A stretch of 64,000 nt of DNA from Mustelus asterias (Eukaryota). The translations under genes and the position numbers were made by a program. Where the stretch lies: positions 67,766,001 to 67,830,000 of the forward strand of contig NC_135819.1 in the NCBI RefSeq assembly GCF_964213995.1, given 5' to 3'. A model generated the notes under the pieces. It was not told where the DNA came from. It did no database searches and saw only the letters and a program-made list of their open reading frames with translations. Shown piece by piece: positions 49,262-61,196 of the stretch (the first letter of the stretch is position 1; each line of letters opens with the position of its first letter).

Positions 49262-49920
49262 GTGAGTAAATGTCCTTTTCCCGTTTGTGCAGACTGTGAG
49301 AATCCAATCAAAAGATGCAGCAGTCCGGTCGAAATGGCAACATGGGAATGTCACACGGTGGAGCCACAAAGAAGGTTGGGGTGGTGCCCTCTGTGATGCC
49401 ATGCTCATTAAAACTGAGACTGTAAATTTTTCACAAAGGTAAGTAATCCCATCATTGGGACTGAATGTGGGAGCTGACCCCATGTGGCAGGCAGTGGGAT
49501 GCTACGTGGCACGCTACTGGTGGCAGCTGATTAAGCTGGCATTGCCAGGACCTCTGTCCTGCTGAGGTCAATGATCCGCCTGTCAGAAGTGCTGGCCAAT
49601 CAGAAGGCCTGTAATGCGGCAGCTCAGCAGCGCCCCTCAGTAGAGGTGGTCACCTCCGAGGTGCAAGGAGAAGATAGCCCCTTCATGCTGAGAGAGGTGA
49701 AGAAGTGGCCAATAATTGGCCAAATTAATTGGTTTAATTGGACTTCACCTCTGGGCAGCAGGCAGTATGGCACCACTGGTAATATCCCATAATACACTGG
49801 GGCAGCTTCCCCATCTCCAGAGGGCTGGTAAAATCCAAGCCTAGGATTCTCAGTTGGGGACGTATGAGGATTTTCTGTATCACCCACTCCGCAGATTAAC
49901 TGGGGGGATAGGGAAGGCAC

Positions 49921-50154
49921 TGATGCACCATCAATCGAGCAAAGACTAGTTTGTATGCAAGAACAAATAGACTTTTATTAGCAAAAGACTTGGAGCACAC
50001 CCATGCCGATGAACTGGTCCAGACTGAGGCAGGGGGATGGGGAGCAGTCGCCTTTATACCTGGACCAGGGGGGGTGGAGTCTCGGGTAGGGCCGGCAGGG
50101 ATGTGTCCAGGCATGTCACACATACAGGTAATAAGCTAACAGTGGTTTACCACA
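49921..50154 (-). mobile_element. Solo LTR (234 bp) with 5-bp TSD GGCAC in CPA intron 1
   Basis: TG...CA termini; GGCAC at 49916-49920 and 50155-50159; TATAAA and AATAAA in order on the minus strand. Confidence 0.8.
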
Positions 50155-50223
50155 GGCACGTTGTTTGAGTTTGATTGATGTCGAAAGTGAGATAGGGGAT
50201 CTTAGCGCATTGGAAGTCAGTTT

Positions 50224-52005
50224 TAGCATCCACCATTTTCTATTCCAGAGAATGGAGCGCGATGTAAAACAGGCTGACAATTCGCCAAAAGTTCCCTTTG
50301 TGCTAGAGACATCGACCAATTTTAACCCACCCCACCATCTCAATGTATAGCAATGGAAGCACATGCTGTCCTGACTGCTGTGAGCAGCGCTGAGGGGCAA
50401 TAGTTAGAGCGGCGCTGGGAGGCAGCCTTCCCACATCACCTGTTTTGAATCCACAATGTCCATTGTTCCATTGAACAGTCAAACCAGGGAAAGGGAACCT
50501 GGAGCTAATTTACAAACTTACGCTGATTTCTCTTTCTGCACCTGTTGCTATAGTGGGTGGTCCCCCCGACCCTGAGAGCTGGATTTGGAACCAGGAACGC
50601 TGCACACTGTGGACACATAGCGATAGCTGTAGTGTGATCGTAGCTAGGACTTTTATGGAGCTACACCAATAACAGATTCTGAATTATAATTGCTCTTCTT
50701 AAGGTGCCTCAGTAACTCTCTCCAGTCCCCATGAGGTTTCAAGCTAAGGCAGGTTCATGTTTTAAGTTTAACTTTATTTATTGTAGGCTTACATTAATAC
50801 TGCAATGAAGTTACTGTGAAAATCCCCTAGTCGCCATACTCAGCGCCTGTTCGGGTACACTGAGGGAGAATTTAGCATGGCCAATGCACCTAACCAGCAC
50901 GTCTTTCAGACTGTGGGAAGAAACCGGAGCATCCTGAGGAAACCCACGCAGACACAGGGAGGATGTACAGACTCCACACAGACAGTCACCCAAGCCAGGA
51001 ATTGAACCCAGGTCCTTGGTGTTGTGTGGCAGCAGTGCCAACCACTGTGCCACCATGCCACACAACATCAAAATGGAAACTAATGGAGAAAGGGTAATCA
51101 TCGCACACCCATCCTGACTGTTGCCAACTCTGGTTAGACCTATTCCTGGAGGTTTCAACACATGATCTCCCACCTTCAACCCTCCCCACACCCACAAAGC
51201 TGCCAATGGCTACTTGACATGTCCCACGTGTTTTGTACGACCTTCCCAAGATCAGTCAGAAAGCTATCTGACTTCTCCAATATAGTAAACAAAAACGGTT
51301 CTAAATAAAATTGAAAAGCACAACTTTTGTATTTCCCTTTAGGTTTTTCTCCTGGGTTTTGCTTGCAATGCACTGGTCTTTAATTCCTGCAGACTCCAGG
51401 GTAATCATGGAGAGTTGGCAACCCTACAATCAACCTCTTTCTCTCTTTGACCCCTGAACTGAGCATCTGGGGCCTGATCACTGCACAGTGACCTGCCTGG
51501 TGAATAGGGCTTGAGTGGGTGAACAAGCAATGGGCGAACAAGCAATGGGCTAAACTGAAAATAGTATTAGCAAACAGAGAATGAAACAAGGGTGGTTGGA
51601 GCCTAAAGCGGAGAGAAAGAGCGATCAACAATTGACCAGCTTTGCCTCTTATTCCTACCCGGCTTGTTTCTCAATCATGGTCAGACGACTTGGGGACGCA
51701 GAGAGGCTGAACTGAAAGCAAAGGAACTCTGCAAATTCAAAAACAAAAACAGTCGGAGGGGCATTACACAGAGGGTGCAGTCCCCGAGTGATAGCATCCA
51801 CCATTTTCTATTCCAGAGAATGGAGCGCGGTGTAAAACAGGCTGACAATTCGCCAAAGGTTCCCTTTGTGCTAGAGACATCAATTTCAACCTCCCCCCCA
51901 CCCCCAATGTATAGCAATGGAGGCACATGCCATTCTGACTGCTGTGGGCAGTGCTGAGGGGTAATAGTTAGGGCGGTACTGGGAGGCAGCCCTCCCACAT
52001 CATCA
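50224..52005. repeat. Dispersed direct duplication of about 215 bp (50224-50438 and 51792-52003)
   Basis: TAGCATCCACCATTTTCTATTCCAGAGAATGGAGCGCG...GTGCTAGAGACATC is nearly identical in both copies. Confidence 0.85.
50762..51060 (-). mobile_element. V-SINE, tail type B
   Basis: Family match by eye. Confidence 0.82.
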
Positions 52006-53127
52006 GCTTCCTGCTGGTTGATTGAAAGTGATGATGGCCTGTGATTGAACCCAATCGTTTGGCAATTGAGGGAGGAAACCCAGCTGGATGTATAGACTGG
52101 GAGTAACGGGCATTACACAAAAGAAAGTTTAAAACACTGGGTCGCAGAAACATTGCTTACAAGGGATGAAGTTTGCTGCCTGCCGCTTTCCCCATCCTCC
52201 AACCCCTGGCAGATGCAGTATTGACGTCAAAAACAATTTTTTTTTTGGCAATTCTGTTGTGCAATTACTTGAGTAAATTGAATTGAGTTTAATTCTCCAA
52301 TGAATAGTTTCTGATCCCTAATGCAGCTTATATTGGAGATCTATGAATTTGGAAAGTGCCGGTGTGTGTGGGTTCGCAATACCAGCTTTTCAATCCGGGT
52401 GGACAGGATTAAGGTCTCAGCTTTCTGTGACACCATTAAAAACACACTGACAAAATGTGGTGGCTTAAGGCAGTCTTTAGTCAAAGTCACAATCCTCCAT
52501 AACTCTGTGCTATGGTGTTCATTCATTAACTTTAATGGATGGAAAGTTGGGGGCTGACAGTCTGATAATAAACACTCCCAGTGTGAGACAGATGTGGGTA
52601 CACCACCCCCACCTGAAATTCAACCATCATACGAAACTCTTGTTTAAAACTGCCCCTCAGTCCTTCTCACTCAGAGACACTGAAGATTGATTGAAATTGA
52701 GATGTGTCATGTTGGGTGACCTTCTACGATTAAGACACATTGATGGAGTAAAAAGGATAAGAACTTTGCATTGAGCCCATACTTAACCTGATTCAAGAGA
52801 GGAGAATTCCTTTTCAACATCCTCTGCTATAAAAATACATAAGGGAAAACAAGCATTTTGAACTGATGGCAGAGATTGTTTAAACATCAAGTTAAATTGT
52901 ATGGTTCTGTAACAAGAAGGGATTGAATAAGGAGGTCCCTTCACTGTGTGTGACGCAAGACAAATCTCAGGCTGCAGGTCATTGATGGAGAACTTCATCT
53001 TGTAATGTTTGATACACAGCTATCAGGATCTATCACATCTATCAGTTTGATATGTCTCACGCCCTGTGATTTTTAGATATTGCATGAAGAGTTTCAATTC
53101 CCTTTCTTTCATTTCCACATCCCATAG

Positions 53128-53209
53128 TGACCAAGTTCTACGTATCACTGTCAGCAATGAAGAGCAGCTTGCCCTGGTGAGGACTCTCCAAGAACAAGAG
53201 CATCTGAAT
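53128..53209 (+). CDS. CPA1: Carboxypeptidase A1-like, coding exon 2 (activation peptide)
   Basis: catAG|T-DQVLRITVSNEEQLALVRTLQEQEHLN|GTAAGT, 82 nt. Confidence 0.9.
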
Positions 53210-54024
53210 GTAAGTTAGTATACTTGAATATAAATAAATGGAATTAAATGAAAGTAAATTCAAGAGTGCTTAGCACTGCTGCCTCACAGCACCAGGGATC
53301 TGGGTTTAATCTTGCCTTGGGTGACTGTGTGGAGTTTGCATGGTCTCCTTCGGGTGCTCCGGTTTCCTCCCACTGTCTATAGATGTACAGGTTAGGTGGA
53401 TTGGCCATGATAAATTGCCCCTTAGTGCCCAAAGATGTGCAGGTTAGGTGGATTGCACTGGGTAAATGCACCGGATTAGAGATAGGGGAAGGTGGTATGA
53501 TGATTCTGTGCTATTGATATATCTTACGTTTGAGGGGGACTGATTTAAGATTCAGTGTTTTTTTACAAGAAGTCAGCTTGTTTGGAGGGACGGCAGCAGA
53601 TGTTGAAAAAGCAGGATAATAACTCATTTTAGCTAGGAATATGTTATTTTATAGAGTTAATGCACTTTTGTTTACTTTAGTTCTCCTGGGATTTCAGACT
53701 AGATTGACAGTGTCATGTGATATTAGGTTAATGGGAGGAGCTAGGCTTGCAGAAGAAAAAACATTTTTTTTATTTTAAAAGAGCAGTTGGAGTCACATTA
53801 ACTTCAGCAATCATTGTTGTGGTCTGTACTGTGGTATTTGATGCTAGCTGTAGATTTCTCACTAAATTAAAGATGCTTTCCATATCAGGCAATCTTTTAT
53901 TACAAGTAATTACTGAACAGAAATCATTAATTAACATGTCATAGCAAATCCCTCAAACACACAGACTAAAGAAATCAGGGCAAGATCATCACGCTCATTC
54001 CTTCTTCACAGCATCTTACACATA

Positions 54025-54316
54025 AGTTTAAACTTTATTTATTCGTTTCACAAGTAGGCTTACATTAACACTGCAATGAAGTTACTGTGAAAATCCCCTA
54101 GTCACCACGCCTGTTCGGGTACACTGAGGGAGAATTTAGCATGGCCAATGCACCTAACCAGCACATCTTTCAGACTGTGGGAGGAAACCGGAGCATCCGG
54201 GGGAAACCCAGGCAGACACAGAGAGAACGTGCAGACTCCACACAGACAGTGACCCAAGCTGGGAATCGAACCCGGGCCCCTGGCGCTATGAGGCAGCAGT
54301 GCTAACCATTGTGCCA
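54025..54316 (-). mobile_element. V-SINE, tail type B
   Basis: Family match by eye. Confidence 0.82.
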
Positions 54317-55458
54317 GCGAGAATGCTTATCACCTGTTTTTACCAATGCAATTGTCTGAACAATATAGTAGTCAAATGATGCAATTGCTGATACATTGAC
54401 AGCGATAGGCCATCTCTCCTTGAGTCACCTAGTTTAGTTTCACTCTTCTACTTGCTCCCTCATACATATTGACAGATTCTTTGTGATTATTTTAAATTTG
54501 TCACCTTCTTTTACTGTCCCTCCAACCATTGGAAACGATCTGTCATTGTTTGTCATATCTTAATTCCTAATAATCTTGGAGATGTTCTTCTGTTCACCCT
54601 GCCACCATCTCAGCTCCAATAAAAAATACCTCAACTTCTCTAGTTTCTCCTCATAGCTCTGACCCTTCGGCCTGATGACATCTGAGTGAATTTACACAGC
54701 ATCTTTCCCATTACCTTTTATGGTCTTCCTGTAGGTAGCCCATACCTGCACTATATGGAACTGAAGGTGAAGTCACCATAGTCTCAGATGATCATAGGCT
54801 GCTCGCCCCTTTGAGGCGGAGAGCAGACTGGTGGTGATTTAACCCGAGGGTCATCACACCTCAGGTGGGGGGATAGGTCCAGAAGGCGGGGGGGCCTTCA
54901 TCAATAATCTCAGCCGGTACGACAATTGAACCTATGCTGCTGGCATCGCTTTGCATCACTAACCAGCTGTCCAACCAATATTGAATTGCAACCTAAGCAG
55001 AGAAAAAAGCTTGCATTTATTTATCACCCTTCGCAACCTTGGGCTGTCGCCAATGAAGCACTGTGGAAAGTTAGAAATGAGGCACCTAATTTGAGCACAG
55101 AAAGCTCCCATGAAAGGCACAGCGATAAGAGACAGAAAATAATGTTTTAGTGATGTTGGTTGGGGGATAATTGCAGGCAAACAAACTTTTGTGTCCATCT
55201 GAGAGGACAGATGGGGTTTTGGTTCAACATCTCATGCGAAAGTTGCACATACGGCAGTGTGGCAGTCCCTCGGTACCGTACTGGGTATGTCAGCCTGGAT
55301 TGTGCAATGTCTTGTGCAAGTTCAACATTACACTTTGCTTTTATATTCTCTGCTCCAGGTACAAAACCACAGAAACATTCAGTTGCTTTTTATTGGTGCT
55401 TTCTGTTTTTGCCACAAATCCCTATCCTAACCATTAATTGTATATTTCTTATCATTAG

Positions 55459-55593
55459 GTTGACTTCTGGTTAGAACCAAGTAAGCCCTCACTGCCCATT
55501 GATGTCCAGGTCCCCAGAGAACATGTTCAGTCAGTAAAAGCCTTCCTGGAATACAGTGGTGTTGGTTACTCCATCTTGATTGAAGATCTGCAG
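55459..55593 (+). CDS. CPA1: Carboxypeptidase A1-like, coding exon 3 (activation peptide)
   Basis: tAG|VDFWLEPSKPSLPIDVQVPREHVQSVKAFLEYSGVGYSILIEDLQ|GT, 135 nt. Confidence 0.92.
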
Positions 55594-55732
55594 GTACTTT
55601 CCTTCCGCTGACCTCTTAGTGATTTATACTTTATATTGCATTGCCCCAAGCTGGGGCAGTGGCTCTGGAGTCTTCACCACTGCCAGTTAACATTACAGCC
55701 AAACCGCTAATGACTGGATGTTAACCTTTCAG

Positions 55733-55831
55733 GCACTGTTGGACGAAGAGAAGAAGGAAATGATACTTTCTCGACACAAGGGACGCAACAGCCAAACATT
55801 CAACTATGCTTCTTACCACACATTGGAAGAG
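55733..55831 (+). CDS. CPA1: Carboxypeptidase A1-like, coding exon 4 (propeptide end / mature N-terminus)
   Basis: cAG|ALLDEEKKEMILSRHKGRNSQTFNYASYHTLEE|GTAAG, 99 nt. Confidence 0.92.
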
Positions 55832-56692
55832 GTAAGGTCAAGTTATGAATAAATATTCTGAAAGCAAATAGAACAGTCACAGGTAAAAATGGCAAACATT
55901 GGCTTTAGGGAAGTGATCATTCTGAGGGATTCACATCTCACTCCTGAACAGGATACAAAAGAAAAGACTCTAAGTGACAGATGATCCTTTTCTCAGCCCA
56001 GCGTTCTCAATATTTCCTATTTCTCGCTTTTAAACAACTATTTAAACTGTGCTGCTCTGATATTTCTTTCCTTTTTCCTCCTAAACTCCAAGTGTTACAC
56101 TTCAGTTGGACTAAGACTTGATCAGACCCGATGTGGAGTACTGCATTCAGTTTTGGGCTCCACACATTCGAAAGGTCTTGGACAGGGTTAAGTACATATT
56201 CACCAGGATGATATTGAGGCTTATAGGGTTCAGTTAGGATGACAGGTTCCATAAACTTGGCTTACAGTCTCTTGTGTATGGAAGACTGAAGCATGTTCTG
56301 GTCAGGGCATTTAAAATGTTGTTGTGTCGATAAAGGAGAAACTATTTCCTCAGGTGGGGAAGACAAGAAGAAAGGGACACGATTTTAAAATTAAAGCTCA
56401 CCAAGGATGGTGGAACTCTGGAATTTTCAGATTATTATTTGCTAGTACAGGCCGAATGGCCTTCTCCTGTTCCCATGTTCCCACGGTACCAGGCTTGATT
56501 GCCAATGGGGGTGAAATTGGCAGCAGTAGAGTGAAATTGATTCAGAGACAATCAGTAGTGTCTGGTGTTACTTTCCATTTCAATCAATGATGCACAATTT
56601 CATCTCCCTCCACCTCCCAGGACGATAACACAAGGGAATTGCATTGTCCAAGCACAAAGTAAACTGACTGGAATTTCCACTTTCTTCTCCAG

Positions 56693-56794
56693 ATCTACAC
56701 TTGGATGGATACGTCCGTAGCTTCAAGCTCAGGTCTGGTCAGCAAGTTGCAGATTGGTACCACTTCTGAGAATCGTCCGATCTACGTCCTCAGG
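56693..56794 (+). CDS. CPA1: Carboxypeptidase A1-like, coding exon 5
   Basis: cAG|IYTWMDTSVASSSGLVSKLQIGTTSENRPIYVLR|GT, 102 nt. Confidence 0.92.
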
Positions 56795-56900
56795 GTGGGT
56801 ATAAACTAGGAGCTGGAGTATCTCCACGTTGTTCAGCTAAGCAACTTCCAAACTGTAAGAGGCTGTTCCAAGGAGTAGCACCATCTGACATCATCTGGAT

Positions 56901-57227
56901 GGGCACGATGGCACAGTGGTTAGCACTGCTGCCTCTCAGCACCAGGGACCCGGGTTCGATTCCTGGCTTGGGTCACTGTCTGTGTGGAGTTTGCACATTC
57001 TCCGTGTGTCTGCGTGGGTTTCCTCCGGGTGCTCCGGTTTCCTCCCACAGTCCAAAGATGTGCGAGTTAGGTGGATTGGCCAAGCTAAATTGCTCCTTAG
57101 TGTCAGGAGGACTGGCTATGATAAATGCATGGCGTTATGTGGATAGGGACTGGGTGGGATTGTGGTCGGTGCAGACTCGATGGGCCAAATGGCCTCCTTC
57201 TGCACTGTAGGATTCGATGATTCTATG
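56901..57227 (+). mobile_element. V-SINE, tail type A
   Basis: Family match by eye. Confidence 0.82.
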
Positions 57228-57285
57228 AAATATAAATGTGATTAGCTCTGGTGAGAACATGCTGCCCTGATTAAAATAGAGATTG

Positions 57286-57550
57286 TAAGAAGTCTCACAA
57301 CACCAGGTTAAAGTATGGACTCTATCTTGGTTTCCAGGACGTGGTGTTTGCTGTAGAGCTGGTGTATGAGGTGGTTGAGGAATGTGAGAGAAGTGCGACG
57401 GCAAAGTCTCTCAGCGTAGTCTCTCTCTCAGGTTGACCTGAGTGGGTTCTTGATCTGTAGTCCTTTCGGTATCTTGTCTGCTTTCTTGCATCTTTGTTGT
57501 GAGACTTCTTACTGTGTTTACCCCAGTCCAACGCCGGCATCTCCACATCA
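57286..57550. mobile_element. Rearranged Penelope-like insertion, 14-bp TSD
   Basis: TSD TAAAATAGAGATTG at 57272-57285 and 57551-57564. Inverted pLTR ends enclose a minus-strand ORF fragment QRCKKADKIPKGLQIKNPLRST*. Confidence 0.72.
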
Positions 57551-58568
57551 TAAAATAGAGATTGGCAGGGAGATCCCCTGCGCAACTTGATCTGCATCCA
57601 CTGATGGACTGAGGGGTAAAACCTGGACCTAGCTACACCTGTTTTCCATTGTAAAATGGGGTCAATAAGGAATTATTTTGGGAACCAACACAATTCGCCC
57701 AAAGTGCCTCAGGAACAGCCAACCTGACAGTGGGTTGGGCCATTCTTTAGCCATCTCTGGTGACCACATAATTTAGGAGCCTCATGTCTGATTTTGGTCT
57801 CTTTACCAAAACTGGAGTGTGATGAGTGCAGACATGGGGGCCTGTTCCGCTCAGATTTCTTCAGTGGAGACCATAGCTGGCAGCAGAATGTAAGTATTAA
57901 TAGAGCAAACATCATTGCCATAAGAACAGCAGCGTTCATCCAACTCCAGAGTACTCACTAACCCTGCACTCCCCAGAACTCTGTCCCGGGGATTACCGAG
58001 GAGTTACTGTCAGTGAGGTAAAGTGTTGCCCCATCACAAACACCTGCCTGAATAAGGGCAATGAAGACCTACCCCCAGTCAAAGGCTCACCTTGAACTTT
58101 GTCTGTTTATGGGGGTCCATTTCAGGCCTGCAAATGGGGTAAAAGAAATACCCACTCCTGAAATTCTTATTTATCTGGGATGTGTGATGATGTGACAGTA
58201 AGAGAGGAGATATTGCAGTTCAGTTATAGCTGAGCGATCAGCAAGAAACTATTGACATTTTTATCTTAAAGTGGAAAGGTATTAGAATTAACACACACCC
58301 CGAGACATTGTAAAGGGAGATTATGTACACAATTACCATTGGGCCACTGTGTTTAAAATGGTATAACTTTCAAGAAAAACTCTTATTCCCGAGTGTCCCT
58401 TATGCGGTGTAGAAATTATGTGAATCAGTCAATTAGGTTCCGCAGGTAACATGCGCTTAAGCATCCATTATTTTTAAAATATAAATGACCTGAGCACCCC
58501 AAAAACTTTCCAGCCTGTGACTCACTCCCATTGCCTAATTTTCTGTGAGTCACACAGACTCACAGACA

Positions 58569-58907
58569 GGCGGCATGGTAGCACAGTGGTTAGCACTGCT
58601 GCTTCACAGCTCCAGGGTCCCGGGTTCGATTCCCGGCTCGGGTCACTGTCTGTGTGGAGTTTGCACATTCTCCTCATGTCTGCGTGGGTTTCCTCCGGGT
58701 GCTCCGGTTTCCTCCCACAGTCCAAAGATGTGCGGGTTAGGTTGATTGGCCAGGTTAAAAATTGCCCCTTAGAGTCCTGGGATGTGTAGGTTAGAGGGAT
58801 TAGTGGGTAAATATGTGGGGGTCGAGCCTGGGTGGGATTGTGGTCGGTGCAGACTCGATGGGCCGAATGGCCTCCTTCTGCACTGTAGGGTTTCTATGAT
58901 TTCTATG
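58569..58907 (+). mobile_element. V-SINE, tail type A
   Basis: Family match by eye. Confidence 0.85.
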
Positions 58908-59618
58908 ACTATTAGTCAGATCCCAGTGTGTTAGGAATGGGTTAATTGCAACCTTCCACCTTAGACCCTAATTTGTATGTTAATAGTTTAAAGTACTCAC
59001 TGAGATATATAAAGGGGCTACAGGTGGCACTGCATGTTGGGTGTGTGTATGTAGAGTAGAATAAAGTGAGTTTGTGAAGAAGCTGGATTGGCATCATCTT
59101 TTATTACTGGACTGCAACTAAGAGGCTTAACATTGTGACTATTATAGAATTGTGCTGTACAGAAGGAGGCCATTTGTTCCATTGTGACTGTGCCGGCTCT
59201 TCGATAGAACTATCCACTCAGCCCCGCACTCTTTCATGATAACCTTACAAATGTCTCCTTTTCAAATATTTATCCAATTCCCTTTTGAAAGTTACTATTC
59301 AATCCGTTTCCACCACCCGTTCAGGTAGTGTATTCCAGATCACAATAACTCACTCTTCTCTCCAAGTACATTTATTATACTTCAGTTGGACAAAGACTTG
59401 ATCAGACCCTGTAAGAGCATTGCATTCAGTTTCAGCCTCCACACATTTGTCAATGGCCATAAACTATTTCTATTCTGATCTATTGATTTAACTGTGTAAT
59501 GCTATTGCATGGTGATCTGATGCTGTATTAATATTTAGTCATGCTGGTTCGTTTGCAGTAACACACTTTATCCTTAGCCAACTATTTCTGATCATTTTCC
59601 AAACCTGTCCTCCTACAG

Positions 59619-59720
59619 TTCAGCACTGGTGGGATTAACCGACCTGCCATCTGGATTAATTTTGGTATCCATGCACGTGAATGGATTAGTCCCGCTACTT
59701 CCCTCTGGTTTGCGAATAAG
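59619..59720 (+). CDS. CPA1: Carboxypeptidase A1-like, coding exon 6 (zinc ligands His69/Glu72)
   Basis: cAG|[34 protein letters not shown]|GTAAG, 102 nt; M14 HxxE motif. Confidence 0.95.
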
Positions 59721-61085
59721 GTAAGGGTTAGCTGAATGTGTTTGTGGGAATAACGGTGAGGGTTCAGTACTTGTAAATCTAATGGCACTATTCCTTCACC
59801 AGTGACTGCAAAATCCAGTCCATCATTAGTGGGAAAATGGGATTTTGAGCTCACCTATGCTCTCATTACTCCTCTGACTCCAACAGTATCTCATCATTCC
59901 TGAGATGGGAGCACCACATATTGGTATCTCCTTAAAGTCACTTCCCGGTCAAGGTGACCATCGTACCAGCTGCAGTGCATTATCATGTATTCTTAAATCC
60001 CCCCTCCTCAACAACCACTATGTTCTTGTTGATAAGAGTGACACCTAATGTCAGAATCAAGCCCTGGAGGCCACATTTCTTTCACACCTCCTTTACTCGG
60101 CCACATAATTAGGAATTCCTAGGGGAGGCGGTGAAACCATGGTGAGACCATGAAACGGTTGCCGATTGACATAAACAGCCCTGATGAACCCTGAAGGTTC
60201 ACTGGTGCCCTTTAGGGAAGGAAATGGCCTACATGCAACTCCAGATCCATAGCTTAAATGGCTTCGCCTAGCTCAGTTCACGGGGAGTTAGGGATGGGCA
60301 ACAAATACTGGCCCATAATCGAATAATCAAATATTAAAGAAAACATTCCAGGCTAGTCCTGGATTCTCATGCAAATAAAGATTAATCTCCTGCACATTGC
60401 TGGCAGCAAACCCAGGAGCAATAAAAATAAGCTTTCATTTCCTTTGAAGATTTTTATTTATTAGTTATAAAAATATAGGAGAAATTTGATTTATTGAAAC
60501 AAATGCAAGCTCCAGGAATACATTTAACCAGAGTTGGCAAGCTAAACCACCATTAGCCTAACCTCAGAAGAACATCCCAACTGAAAAGGTGTGAACCTTG
60601 GCTATACTGATTGGCATTTCTGTTTTGGGTGTCATGTTCATGTTGGGCACCGTGGGGAAGTAAATCAGGCCGGAATTCTCTGTTGCTGTACGCTCTGCCA
60701 CCGCTACCAATGAGAATGGAGAATTTGGTGCTCAGCCAAATCTCCGTTCACAGCAGTGGGATTGAAGAATCCCAGCCATGGGTGAAATCGGTGAATCCCA
60801 GCCACAGTCATGGTGCCTGCTTTCGATTATAAGCCAGTGGCACTCTGCTGGGAAATGTTGATGTATATTATCGGGTAAGGGCATGATTAGACTTGGGTTT
60901 AATATCCTCATAGCTGGATAGCTTGCTGATACTCACACATGAAGAATGGCAATTTGGAAAGGTACAGGAAGAATGGTTTCAGGAGGAGAGGGTAGAAAAG
61001 GAAGGGTAAGTCAAATGAGGAAGGAATGGAACATAAGGAAATCATCTAACACTCAATACAATGGATTCTTTTGCCTCTTACCTAG

Positions 61086-61196
61086 CTTATCAATGAATAT
61101 GGCAAGGATTCCTCTGTGACTTCACTGCTGAACACGATGGATGTCTACCTAGAGATTGTTACAAACCCCGATGGTTTCAGTTTTACCCACACAAAT
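61086..61196 (+). CDS. CPA1: Carboxypeptidase A1-like, coding exon 7
   Basis: tAG|[37 protein letters not shown]|GTAAGT, 111 nt; NPDG motif. Confidence 0.95.

Noticed and set aside
18629-58789. Recurrent small ORFs MVAQWLALLPH... / MDCGRKPEHPEETH... as a gene family, or their heads as tRNA genes
   Set aside because: They are translations of V-SINE copies; the heads have A/B boxes but no complete cloverleaf and run into the SINE core.
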